Part shown: in pieces, positions 7,984 to 15,983 of the stretch | Numbering within the stretch: the stretch's first letter is position 1 | How the letters are laid out: every line of letters starts with the position of its first letter | NCBI GenBank assembly: GCA_048882385.1 | Contig: JBHLRQ010000044.1 | Coordinates: 4,406-24,123, forward strand | Origin: Candidatus Thorarchaeota archaeon | Lineage (GTDB): Archaea > Asgardarchaeota > Thorarchaeia > Thorarchaeales > Thorarchaeaceae | Length of the DNA: 19,718 bases | Direction of reading: 5' to 3' | Notes under the pieces: model-generated | Databases searched by the model: none | Told to the model about the DNA's origin: nothing | The model's input: only the letters and a program-made list of their open reading frames with translations | Made by a program: the position numbers and the translations under genes

Positions 7984-8418
7984 ATGGTGCGTTCAATTCA
8001 GACCGAAGCAAAACGAGTCATATTCTCACGTATGGAGCCAGGTGAGGATGTTCTAGAGACAATAGAATCAGTCGCTTCAGAGTTCAGAGTGAAATCCGGA
8101 CAAATAACTTTGATTGGAGCCATTTCAGGAGCTAAACTTGGTTATTTCCATCTTGAAGCCAATGAATACCGAGACTTTGCTGTCCAAGAAGATGTTGAAG
8201 TTGTTTCTTGTATGGGAAATATCTCTACACTCAATGGAAAGCCAATGGTCCATGCTCATATGATTGTAGCAGATGAACACGGAAAGTGCTACGGAGGACA
8301 TTTGATGCGTGGTTGTAAGGTTTCAGTAACAATCGAATTAGTGATTGTTGAAACATCTGTAGAACTGACTAGAGCAAAAGATCAGAGGACAGGTCTCAAC
8401 CTACTCAACATCGCCTAA
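7984..8418 (+). CDS. PPC domain (DUF296) putative DNA-binding protein
   Basis: RMEPGEDVLE, IGAIS, EVVSCMGNIS, HAH and GGHL motifs. ATG 7984 preferred over TTG 7921. Confidence 0.92.
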   Translation: MVRSIQTEAKRVIFSRMEPGEDVLETIESVASEFRVKSGQITLIGAISGAKLGYFHLEANEYRDFAVQEDVEVVSCMGNISTLNGKPMVHAHMIVADEHGKCYGGHLMRGCKVSVTIELVIVETSVELTRAKDQRTGLNLLNIA

Positions 8419-8843
8419 ACAGATTCTCGAATCTTTTTAGCCATTTGTTCGAGTTCCTCTCTGTCGGCAATGGAATCTCGATAGTCTGGCGGGAATCTGA
8501 AACCAAAAGGTGAGTCTTTGCTTCGTGGAATTGCATGGATATGTAGATGAGGAACATCCTGTCCAGCCCCCTCTCCGTTTGCCACAATATTGAGTACTCC
8601 ATCCTCTCCTGTAGCATTCTTTACTCTACTTGTCAGGTCTGCAAGTCGTACTGCTAAATGGGCAATAACATCATTGTCCACATCGAGTAGGTTCACATAG
8701 TGCTTCTTTGGAATTAGTAGACTATGTCCCCTATTTATTGGGAAGACATCCATGAATGCCATACAGATTTCATCCTCGAATATGAGAGATGCTGGCATCT
8801 CACCACGAACAATCCTACAGAATATACAGTTCTCATCGCTCAT
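8415..8843 (-). CDS. hit: HIT (histidine triad) family nucleotide hydrolase
   Basis: CIFCRIV, AFMDVFPINRGHSLLIPKKH and AGQDVPHLHIHAIPR (HxHxH). Overlaps the convergent PPC gene by 4 nt. Confidence 0.95.
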   Translation of the reverse strand: MSDENCIFCRIVRGEMPASLIFEDEICMAFMDVFPINRGHSLLIPKKHYVNLLDVDNDVIAHLAVRLADLTSRVKNATGEDGVLNIVANGEGAGQDVPHLHIHAIPRSKDSPFGFRFPPDYRDSIADREELEQMAKKIRESV

Positions 8844-8846
8844 AGG

Positions 8847-8875
8847 GCTTTATCAATAATATAATGAGATAAAGC
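8847..8875. promoter_or_regulatory. Perfect 8-bp inverted repeat (GCTTTATC-N13-GATAAAGC) in a divergent promoter
   Basis: Seen directly. Lies 3 nt upstream of the HIT start codon and has an AT-rich spacer. Confidence 0.4.
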
Positions 8876-8931
8876 ATTCGAAGCACATCGACGGAAGTCT
8901 CATTAACGCAAAATCAGTGCATTGATAATGA

Positions 8932-10134
8932 TTGGTAGAAAAGGTGTATAGCTTGAGCGGAAGGAGAAAGAGAATCCTCTTCGATCAGACTCAGAATGAA
9001 AGAGGTAGACTGGAAAGCACATATTCTGATTTAGGCCAGCTGTTAAAGGATAATGATTTTGATGTAGAAGCTTACACAGAATTCATGATTCTTGCGAAGA
9101 ACATCAAAGATGCGTCTGTCATGGTGTTCGGATGTCCTAACAGTTCGAAGATTAGACCTGCAGAAATAGATGTGCTCCAGAAGTTCGTTCAGGATGGCGG
9201 GGGCTTATTGCTTCTTTCTCTATCTGGAGGAGACCGTGGACTTATGAACAACATGTCCAAGATATCATCAGACTTTGGAATAACATTCGAAAATACTGCA
9301 GTTAAAGATGATAGAAATAATGCTGGACTACCTACGATGCCAATCATTACTGATATTGTCGCTCATGCTGCTACTGAAGATGTTAAGGACCTTCTTGTAC
9401 CCTCTGCATGTAGTCTCAAGCTCACGGGGAAAGCCGCACCAATTGCCATCACCTCAGAAACTGCGGATCCAGGTAAAGTACCAGTGGTTGCCATAGCAGA
9501 GGTTGGTAAGGGACGAATCATGTGTGTTGGAAGCTACGAGGTTTTCCGCAAAGGTGGTGGGTTAAAACACAAAGGAAATGCAACTTTTGCTCTGAATGCC
9601 TTCAAGTGGCTTAGTGGAGAAATACAGATGGCAAAGCCTAGTGCAGTTGCTAAAGAACAGGAAAAAGATGAGAAAAAGAAGGGAGAAAATGAAGCTGAAT
9701 CTGCAGTATCTGCAGAGCTTGAAAAAACTCTGAAGAGATTGGTTAATGCTGTTTTTGATCTCCAGAAAGACATCTCAAAGGTCAAGGAACAGGTGTCAAA
9801 TGTAGACAAGAATGTAGAGATGTTACGAGACCAGTTCCAAGATTTTGCTGAAAAGACGCAACAACAATTAGGTGTCATGATTCCTGCTAAACAATTCAAG
9901 ACTGCAGATGAAACCCAGACCTCAGCCATAGAAGCTGACATCAAAGCTCTCAAGAAAGAACTCAAGTCTGTTGAACAGCTACGAAAACATATCGAGCAGC
10001 GTCACGAATCTGGTGCTATGCCAGAGGAAACCTTCTCCGAACAGGTGGCAAAACTGGATGCACGAATTAAGAGCTTGAAAAAGAAGATGGACAAGAGACA
10101 AAAGGATCTTGAAGAGCTAGTTACACCAGAATAA
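8932..10134 (+). CDS. GIFT (GldG/IFT52, DUF4350-like) domain protein with C-terminal coiled coil
   Basis: RILFDQTQNE...YSDLGQLL...VMVFGCP...AEIDVLQKFVQDGGGLLL...GG...NN....FGITF..TAV...GKGRIMCVGS...N..FALNAFKWL matches the GIFT pattern. Residues about 255-400 are heptad-rich. No signal peptide or TM segment. The TTG start is uncertain. Confidence 0.8.
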   Translation: MVEKVYSLSGRRKRILFDQTQNERGRLESTYSDLGQLLKDNDFDVEAYTEFMILAKNIKDASVMVFGCPNSSKIRPAEIDVLQKFVQDGGGLLLLSLSGGDRGLMNNMSKISSDFGITFENTAVKDDRNNAGLPTMPIITDIVAHAATEDVKDLLVPSACSLKLTGKAAPIAITSETADPGKVPVVAIAEVGKGRIMCVGSYEVFRKGGGLKHKGNATFALNAFKWLSGEIQMAKPSAVAKEQEKDEKKKGENEAESAVSAELEKTLKRLVNAVFDLQKDISKVKEQVSNVDKNVEMLRDQFQDFAEKTQQQLGVMIPAKQFKTADETQTSAIEADIKALKKELKSVEQLRKHIEQRHESGAMPEETFSEQVAKLDARIKSLKKKMDKRQKDLEELVTPE

Positions 10135-11592
10135 TTACTGTTTCATACCACGGCTTTTAGGTTGTACACGCGTACGTACAATGTCATAGACTATAGAGAA
10201 TTCCTTGTGAAATATATACACCAACATTATCAGAATGACGATAAATAGGTAGACGTTGCGGTTTGGTAGCAGGATAATCAGACCGATTGCTGTGGGTGTG
10301 AATACCATTGGAACTGATGCCTTGATTCTTTCTGCACTCTTTGACATCATGCTTCCTGATGACAGTATAGAGGTGAATGGTATGAGAACAATGCAATAGT
10401 ACTTGTAAATCCCTCTAGGAGAGAAGATGTGCACACAAAATGCTAAGATTAGCGTGTAAAATAGGATTCTCCGCCAGTATCCTCTGAGGTTCCGATCATC
10501 CTTTTCCTCGAAAAGACTCAGACCCATTGCTCCGAGAACTCCTGGAAGAAGAAAGAGGGTATAATAAATTCCAATATTGACGATCTCAGACAACCATTCA
10601 GGTGCCCCAAACAGGATGAAGATGACAGTGAAGGTAATTGGTTGAGTTGAATCCGGGAGTGTCGCCACGCTTTCATACATTACTCCTCCAGGTTTTTCGG
10701 TCATATAATAGATATAGTTACGGGGATCTAAGATATAGGGAAAGGACCAAGCAACAAGATAAACTAGTGCGATGATTGAGATTTTCAAGAATCCTCTAAG
10801 GTCTAAAGAATCACTCAGAAGATTTCCCTTCTTGTCTCTTTGCGGTTCTTCTTCTGCGGCAATGGTTTCAGGATTTCTTCTGATTAGATAAGCGATTAGC
10901 GGGAGAGCGAAGAATGCAGCAATCTGTTTGAATAGAACAGCGGTAATGATGGCTAGAGTTCCTTCAATCTTTCGTTGTTTCATAATTAGATAAAATGAGA
11001 GAACTGTGAACAACACAAATGGAGCAGGGTTCATCCATTTGTATGTCGTATGATAGAGAACCAACGGGTTGAATAGATATGTTGCAGCTGCAATCTCCCC
11101 AACTCTTGAGTTATCTGATATGTGGGCAGCTATTCCGTAGACTGGGAACGCAGTCACATATCCGCAAATTGAGATTAGAGCCCCAGGACCAAGAGGACCA
11201 AACAGTGCTCCAAATGAACATAGATACAAGTAGAGCGGAGGCAGGAAATAAGGAGTGGCGTAATCAACGCCGTCAAAATAGTAGGTGTTAAAGTCATCAG
11301 TATAGGGCATGAATCCATTTAGAAAATTATCTGCCCAAGACAGATAGTAGAAATCATAGTCCGCCCAGCCCTCAAACTCATAGTAGACAGTCAAACCAAA
11401 TATGTCTAAGCTACCAGATCCGCTCCAAGCAGACCGAAGGGGAGGAGTTCCATCCGATAGAAAAGAGAATGATGCGAGTGAGAAAACTACTGTCCATACA
11501 ATTGCTGCCAGGACAAGAATTAGAAGAAGCACCAAATTTTCACGAACAAGACTCTTCAGACGAAACCTGAGAGATTGTTCTTGTTCACTCAA
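10135..11592 (-). CDS. Multi-pass membrane GT-C fold glycosyltransferase-like protein (GT87/DUF2029-like)
   Basis: N-terminal TM, then a loop with EGWADYDFYY, GFMPY and LPP; YLFNP; LFKQ; more than 10 hydrophobic segments. TTG start with GAGGAG upstream. Confidence 0.75.
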   Translation of the reverse strand: MSEQEQSLRFRLKSLVRENLVLLLILVLAAIVWTVVFSLASFSFLSDGTPPLRSAWSGSGSLDIFGLTVYYEFEGWADYDFYYLSWADNFLNGFMPYTDDFNTYYFDGVDYATPYFLPPLYLYLCSFGALFGPLGPGALISICGYVTAFPVYGIAAHISDNSRVGEIAAATYLFNPLVLYHTTYKWMNPAPFVLFTVLSFYLIMKQRKIEGTLAIITAVLFKQIAAFFALPLIAYLIRRNPETIAAEEEPQRDKKGNLLSDSLDLRGFLKISIIALVYLVAWSFPYILDPRNYIYYMTEKPGGVMYESVATLPDSTQPITFTVIFILFGAPEWLSEIVNIGIYYTLFLLPGVLGAMGLSLFEEKDDRNLRGYWRRILFYTLILAFCVHIFSPRGIYKYYCIVLIPFTSILSSGSMMSKSAERIKASVPMVFTPTAIGLIILLPNRNVYLFIVILIMLVYIFHKEFSIVYDIVRTRVQPKSRGMKQ

Positions 11593-11605
11593 TCATACCT
11601 ACTCC

Positions 11606-13849
11606 TCAAGGTGTTGGTGCAGCTACTTCTGAATTTTCTGGGTCCTGTGTTTCAACTATATCGCTTTGATTGTGAATGAGTACAGAAAGAGCCACCACTA
11701 GATGAACAATGATGGCACAAACACAGAGAATTCCTGTCACTTGGAGAAGTTGATTACCCAGCGACACCCATACATTCAGTCCTAATCCAATTCCACCCAA
11801 TAAGAACAGATCAGCAAAGATTCTAACATATAACTTCGAGTGGATAAGAAGTGAACCAGCCCATATGATGACAAAGATTCCAGAGATTACCAAGAGCTGT
11901 CTTTCAGAAAAGAGAGTCACATTCCAACTCTGGATATATGTACCAAATCCAAAGATCCAGATTGCAGCTGCAGTCATGAAAGAGTATGTCTTGAGATTGT
12001 CATTCAGTTTCAGTGTATCGTTTAAACTTAGAGTAAGAGAAACTAACTGAGGTCCAAGAGTTAATGCTATTGCTGCAACAAGAACAACAGTAAGACCAAC
12101 TAAGAGATTCGCACCAACAGCAAAGAGACTGATCCATAGTCCAATTACGAAGAAAGAAAATCCTAATGCTATGAACAAAAATCTAGATAACCAGATCAAA
12201 AAGATAGCCTTCTTTGATTCAGTTCGTGTGGGACCCATGGATATCGTGGATGAGGATATTGGATTGAATTTCGCTAGTCTACCTAACTGACGTTTTAGAA
12301 GATCATACAATCTATCAATAATTGGAGAAAGGAGATAGAGAGAGAAAATGAGGATGAGATTGGCTAAGTAATAGTTCCTGTCTGGAAGTAGTATCATGAG
12401 GGTGAATACGATTGGCAAGAAAGCCATAGAAGCTGAGAAAGGAACATGTTCATCAGATCCTCGAATCATCCGAGCGGAAGAGAAGATTGAGAAGAATGGC
12501 ACAGTAGCAACAAAATAGTACTTGAAAACTCCTCGTGCCCCAACAAGATTCACAAGCACCATCATCATAAAAGTCATGAAGAGAATTCTACGCAAATACA
12601 GCTTTTCTTCTCCTATGTATCGATCTTTGAGGACCATTAGACCAAAAGAGAGGACCACACCAAAAATCATAGGACCACCAGATGTAATGATAGCGTCTAG
12701 AAATTCCGCTTGTTCAGGCATACCCGCCATTATCAGTAGAACCTGGATTCGTTGCGGCACATTGTACGGAGGAGCATCGACAAAGTTGCCTTCGAATGAA
12801 AAGGAGCCCAAAGCAAGGACCCAGTAGTTTAGGAAATCGCGTTGGGCAATGAGAAATGGGAACATGACAGCTCCTACGAACAGGACAACAACAATGACAC
12901 CGATTGCAAAACCCCTGAGATCAAAATAGTCAGTAAGTGCTTCTATTGCAGGTTTTGGTTTGGGCTTCTCATTAGGTGTTTCAACTACTCCACTCAAATC
13001 ACCATTTTTCAAAGAGGATCTACCATCCTCAGATGGTCTTTTTCGACGTTTTACAAGAAGATACACGACCAATGGAATACCAAGAAACCAAGCACTCTGT
13101 TTGAACAATGCAGCACTGACAATTAGGAGTGTGCCAATGGTTCGTTTCTCCCGAATTAGCATGTAGAACCCTGCAAAGAAGAAAAAGACAAAGGGCGATG
13201 GATTGAACCAGAGGAAATCTGTGTGGTATAGTAAAAGGGGATTCAGAAGGTATGTCAATGCAGCGATTTCTCCAACTCGACGATTGGAAGATAGTTCCTT
13301 TGATATCCCATAGATTGGAAGAGCAGTAAGAAATCCAAATCCAGCTAACAGAAATCCAATTCCCCAATTCTCCCAACCAAACAGGTTTCCAAGCCAGATT
13401 CCTGTAGCATATAGGTATGATGTGAAAGGGGGAAACATATGAGCTCCGTTTTCATTAGTGATTCCATCCATTTCCAGATAACCAAAGTCAGGAGAATAGG
13501 GCATTGTTCCATACAAGAAATTGTATCCCCAATGAACATAGTAGAATGAATAATCGCTGTATCCCTCTGGTTGATACTGAATCGTGAACCCAAAGATATT
13601 GACTGTGTCAGGATCTGGAAAAGGACCGAGCCAGGAAGTGCGTGAATCCCAGCTTACAGAACTTGTGTAATCGACTACAGCGGCATTGAACACAATTGCC
13701 CACACAATGAAACCAATGACCATTACTGATATCAGAATTCGATACTCAATCAGGAATCTTGTGATGCGTTGCCCGGTCTGATTGAGCATTCTATCGATTG
13801 TCCGACTAATTTGACCAATCAATCTCTTACTATACCCACGGACATGCAT
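11606..13849 (-). CDS. Multi-pass membrane GT-C fold glycosyltransferase-like protein with extra C-terminal TM block
   Basis: EGYSDYSFYY, GTMPY, FPP, YLLNP, LFKQ and RGVFKYY are collinear with the neighbouring gene, plus about 200 extra C-terminal residues with roughly 6 TM segments. Confidence 0.75.
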   Translation of the reverse strand: MHVRGYSKRLIGQISRTIDRMLNQTGQRITRFLIEYRILISVMVIGFIVWAIVFNAAVVDYTSSVSWDSRTSWLGPFPDPDTVNIFGFTIQYQPEGYSDYSFYYVHWGYNFLYGTMPYSPDFGYLEMDGITNENGAHMFPPFTSYLYATGIWLGNLFGWENWGIGFLLAGFGFLTALPIYGISKELSSNRRVGEIAALTYLLNPLLLYHTDFLWFNPSPFVFFFFAGFYMLIREKRTIGTLLIVSAALFKQSAWFLGIPLVVYLLVKRRKRPSEDGRSSLKNGDLSGVVETPNEKPKPKPAIEALTDYFDLRGFAIGVIVVVLFVGAVMFPFLIAQRDFLNYWVLALGSFSFEGNFVDAPPYNVPQRIQVLLIMAGMPEQAEFLDAIITSGGPMIFGVVLSFGLMVLKDRYIGEEKLYLRRILFMTFMMMVLVNLVGARGVFKYYFVATVPFFSIFSSARMIRGSDEHVPFSASMAFLPIVFTLMILLPDRNYYLANLILIFSLYLLSPIIDRLYDLLKRQLGRLAKFNPISSSTISMGPTRTESKKAIFLIWLSRFLFIALGFSFFVIGLWISLFAVGANLLVGLTVVLVAAIALTLGPQLVSLTLSLNDTLKLNDNLKTYSFMTAAAIWIFGFGTYIQSWNVTLFSERQLLVISGIFVIIWAGSLLIHSKLYVRIFADLFLLGGIGLGLNVWVSLGNQLLQVTGILCVCAIIVHLVVALSVLIHNQSDIVETQDPENSEVAAPTP

Positions 13850-13904
13850 ACCGACTTGGCACGTTCACGCACTGATTAATATTTGTTCCAACGCGTACGG
13901 AGTA

Positions 13905-15983
13905 TCACATTTCGAGGATTGCATTACTTGAAGCACCAGTTTTTGACACATCAATCACTGGTATTCCTTCCCACCCTTGGACATCAGTATGAGTGATAAG
14001 AAGAATCTGTTCGAAACTCTGGTCGTTAACAAGATTCCTCACAACAGATTCTCGTCTTGCCTTATCAAGACCTCCAAGTGGTTCATCAAGAAGAACAGAT
14101 CGAACACGAGGTGTGACAATAGGACTGTCCTTTAGAGGACGGATACTACTCATGGTTCGACTGATCCCCATTCGTAAACCAAGACTGATAGCAGTTCTGT
14201 CGCCATAACTCAATTGAGATGTCTTCTTCCAAGCTTGATCCCGTTCATCCCAAATTTTTAGAATTAATCCAGGACCTGAACGACCCTTGGCAGGTGTTGG
14301 CTCAAGGTCAATTGCTGTGTATTGTCCGTTAGTAAATGAACGGACATATGGATTGGTTGCTCCCCGAATGATGCCAAGCAGTCTTTTCTGAAACACATAA
14401 TCGGTGACGAAACCACTTACAAGTCTCCTTCGAACATATTTAGCATGTTCATTCATATTCTCGAGCTCAGCGATCTCAGATCCAATTCGTTCCATTTCCG
14501 CTTTCTTATTGTGAAACTCTGATATCTTGTTTTGTTCTCTCTTTATGTTGTCCTCACTTTCTTTGGTTTCGTTTCTAAGTGCCTTCAACGTGGTTTCAAG
14601 AGAGATAACTTTCTTCTGAAGATCTAATACACTTTCCATCTTGTATTTCTTAAGTAGAGCATCAATGCTTTTGATTCCATTTTCCTTCAGAAAGGCACTT
14701 AGATCCTCCTCAGTTTTGGAAAGTTTTTGATTGGCTTGATCAACCCTCTTCTGCCCTTGACTCACTCTCTTGACAGCATCTTCACTTTTGGACATCCGAG
14801 TCAACTGGTCATCATAGTCTTCTGAAGTTGTAACTAGTCCCTTTTTCTCATCTTCGAGTTTGCGTTTTCGAATTTCTCCTTCTTTGATGGTTCCCTCGTA
14901 TTCAACCACAAGTCGGTCTCGATCATCTGATGAGAGTGGCTTTGCACAAGTTGGACATTCAATGACTTCGCCTGCTCCAGCCTTTGTTAGAGTTTGTATT
15001 TTCTCTTTCAGATCTAGATTGGTACGAGAGATGCCTCCAATTTCTTGATCAATACCTTGAATTTTACCCTTGATTCCCTTTCGTTCATTCTGTATCCGTT
15101 TTCGTCCCTTCTCAAGTGCATCCAATCTCGCATTCAGAATCTTTGCGCTCGCATCAACGACTCCAGCTTGCGCACGGTCTTCTTCAAGTCCTTCACTCTT
15201 GACTTCAACCTCACGCTGAAGACTTTCTACCTTATTACTGAGATCATAGACCTTCTTGAGGACTTGCGAACCAGGAATTTCTTGAATCATTCTTTCTGTA
15301 GATTGAATCTCTTTCTTCTTTGTGCTCAATCCCGACTCAAAATGACTTATGCGTGTCTGACAGTCTTCAATCTGTTTTTCAATCTCTTCTGGTCGAATAT
15401 AATCAGACTCCAATGCATTGACCTTTGAATCAATATCTTTCTCAAAACTTTCAAGATGGCTGGACATCTGTTGGAGTAAATCAATATCGTAGACCTTAAC
15501 GAGGAGGTCTCTTAGAACAGACGGAGTTGCGTTCGCTATAACTGCAACTTCTCCCTGCCTGACAAGTAGTGTGCTTAGTGCCTGCTTGAGCTCAAGACTC
15601 AAAATCTCATCGAGTTTGGAGTTTACAGACCGACTCTTGTCTGCAATTCGTTTCCATGCAGATTCTCTCTTTATGAACATCACAACAGCCATGCCATTCG
15701 CGGGATCATACGACCGGTCGATTTTGTATTGAGTTCCTGCTACTTGAAAAGATAGGATAACTTGACATGAGGTTGATCTGAAGTTGATAAGCTCGTCATT
15801 TGTGAGTCCTACTGCATCTGCACCCCAGAGACCCCAGAGTATTGCTTCGAAAAGGGATGATTTGCCAGTAGAGTTTGGTCCTCTTATCAGAATTAGTCCA
15901 TCAGGGAGATCAGCATCCCCATCAGGGAGCACGAGATTTCCAAAGGGTTTGAAATTGCGAACTTGCAAGTGGAGGATTTTCAT
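13905..15983 (-). CDS. rad50: DNA double-strand break repair ATPase Rad50 (SbcC/SMC-like)
   Basis: VRNFKPF, Walker A GPNSTGKSS, Q-loop RQGE, coiled coils, central CPTC zinc hook, signature-position LSYGD, Walker B/D-loop LLDEPLGGLD, H-loop ITH. ATGA overlap with mre11 at 15980-15983. Confidence 0.92.
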   Translation of the reverse strand: MKILHLQVRNFKPFGNLVLPDGDADLPDGLILIRGPNSTGKSSLFEAILWGLWGADAVGLTNDELINFRSTSCQVILSFQVAGTQYKIDRSYDPANGMAVVMFIKRESAWKRIADKSRSVNSKLDEILSLELKQALSTLLVRQGEVAVIANATPSVLRDLLVKVYDIDLLQQMSSHLESFEKDIDSKVNALESDYIRPEEIEKQIEDCQTRISHFESGLSTKKKEIQSTERMIQEIPGSQVLKKVYDLSNKVESLQREVEVKSEGLEEDRAQAGVVDASAKILNARLDALEKGRKRIQNERKGIKGKIQGIDQEIGGISRTNLDLKEKIQTLTKAGAGEVIECPTCAKPLSSDDRDRLVVEYEGTIKEGEIRKRKLEDEKKGLVTTSEDYDDQLTRMSKSEDAVKRVSQGQKRVDQANQKLSKTEEDLSAFLKENGIKSIDALLKKYKMESVLDLQKKVISLETTLKALRNETKESEDNIKREQNKISEFHNKKAEMERIGSEIAELENMNEHAKYVRRRLVSGFVTDYVFQKRLLGIIRGATNPYVRSFTNGQYTAIDLEPTPAKGRSGPGLILKIWDERDQAWKKTSQLSYGDRTAISLGLRMGISRTMSSIRPLKDSPIVTPRVRSVLLDEPLGGLDKARRESVVRNLVNDQSFEQILLITHTDVQGWEGIPVIDVSKTGASSNAILEM

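Noticed and set aside
13905-15983. SMC condensin or Wadjet/Lamassu defence ATPase
   Set aside because: A central CxxC hook, no hinge domain and coupling to Mre11, HerA and NurA identify it as Rad50.
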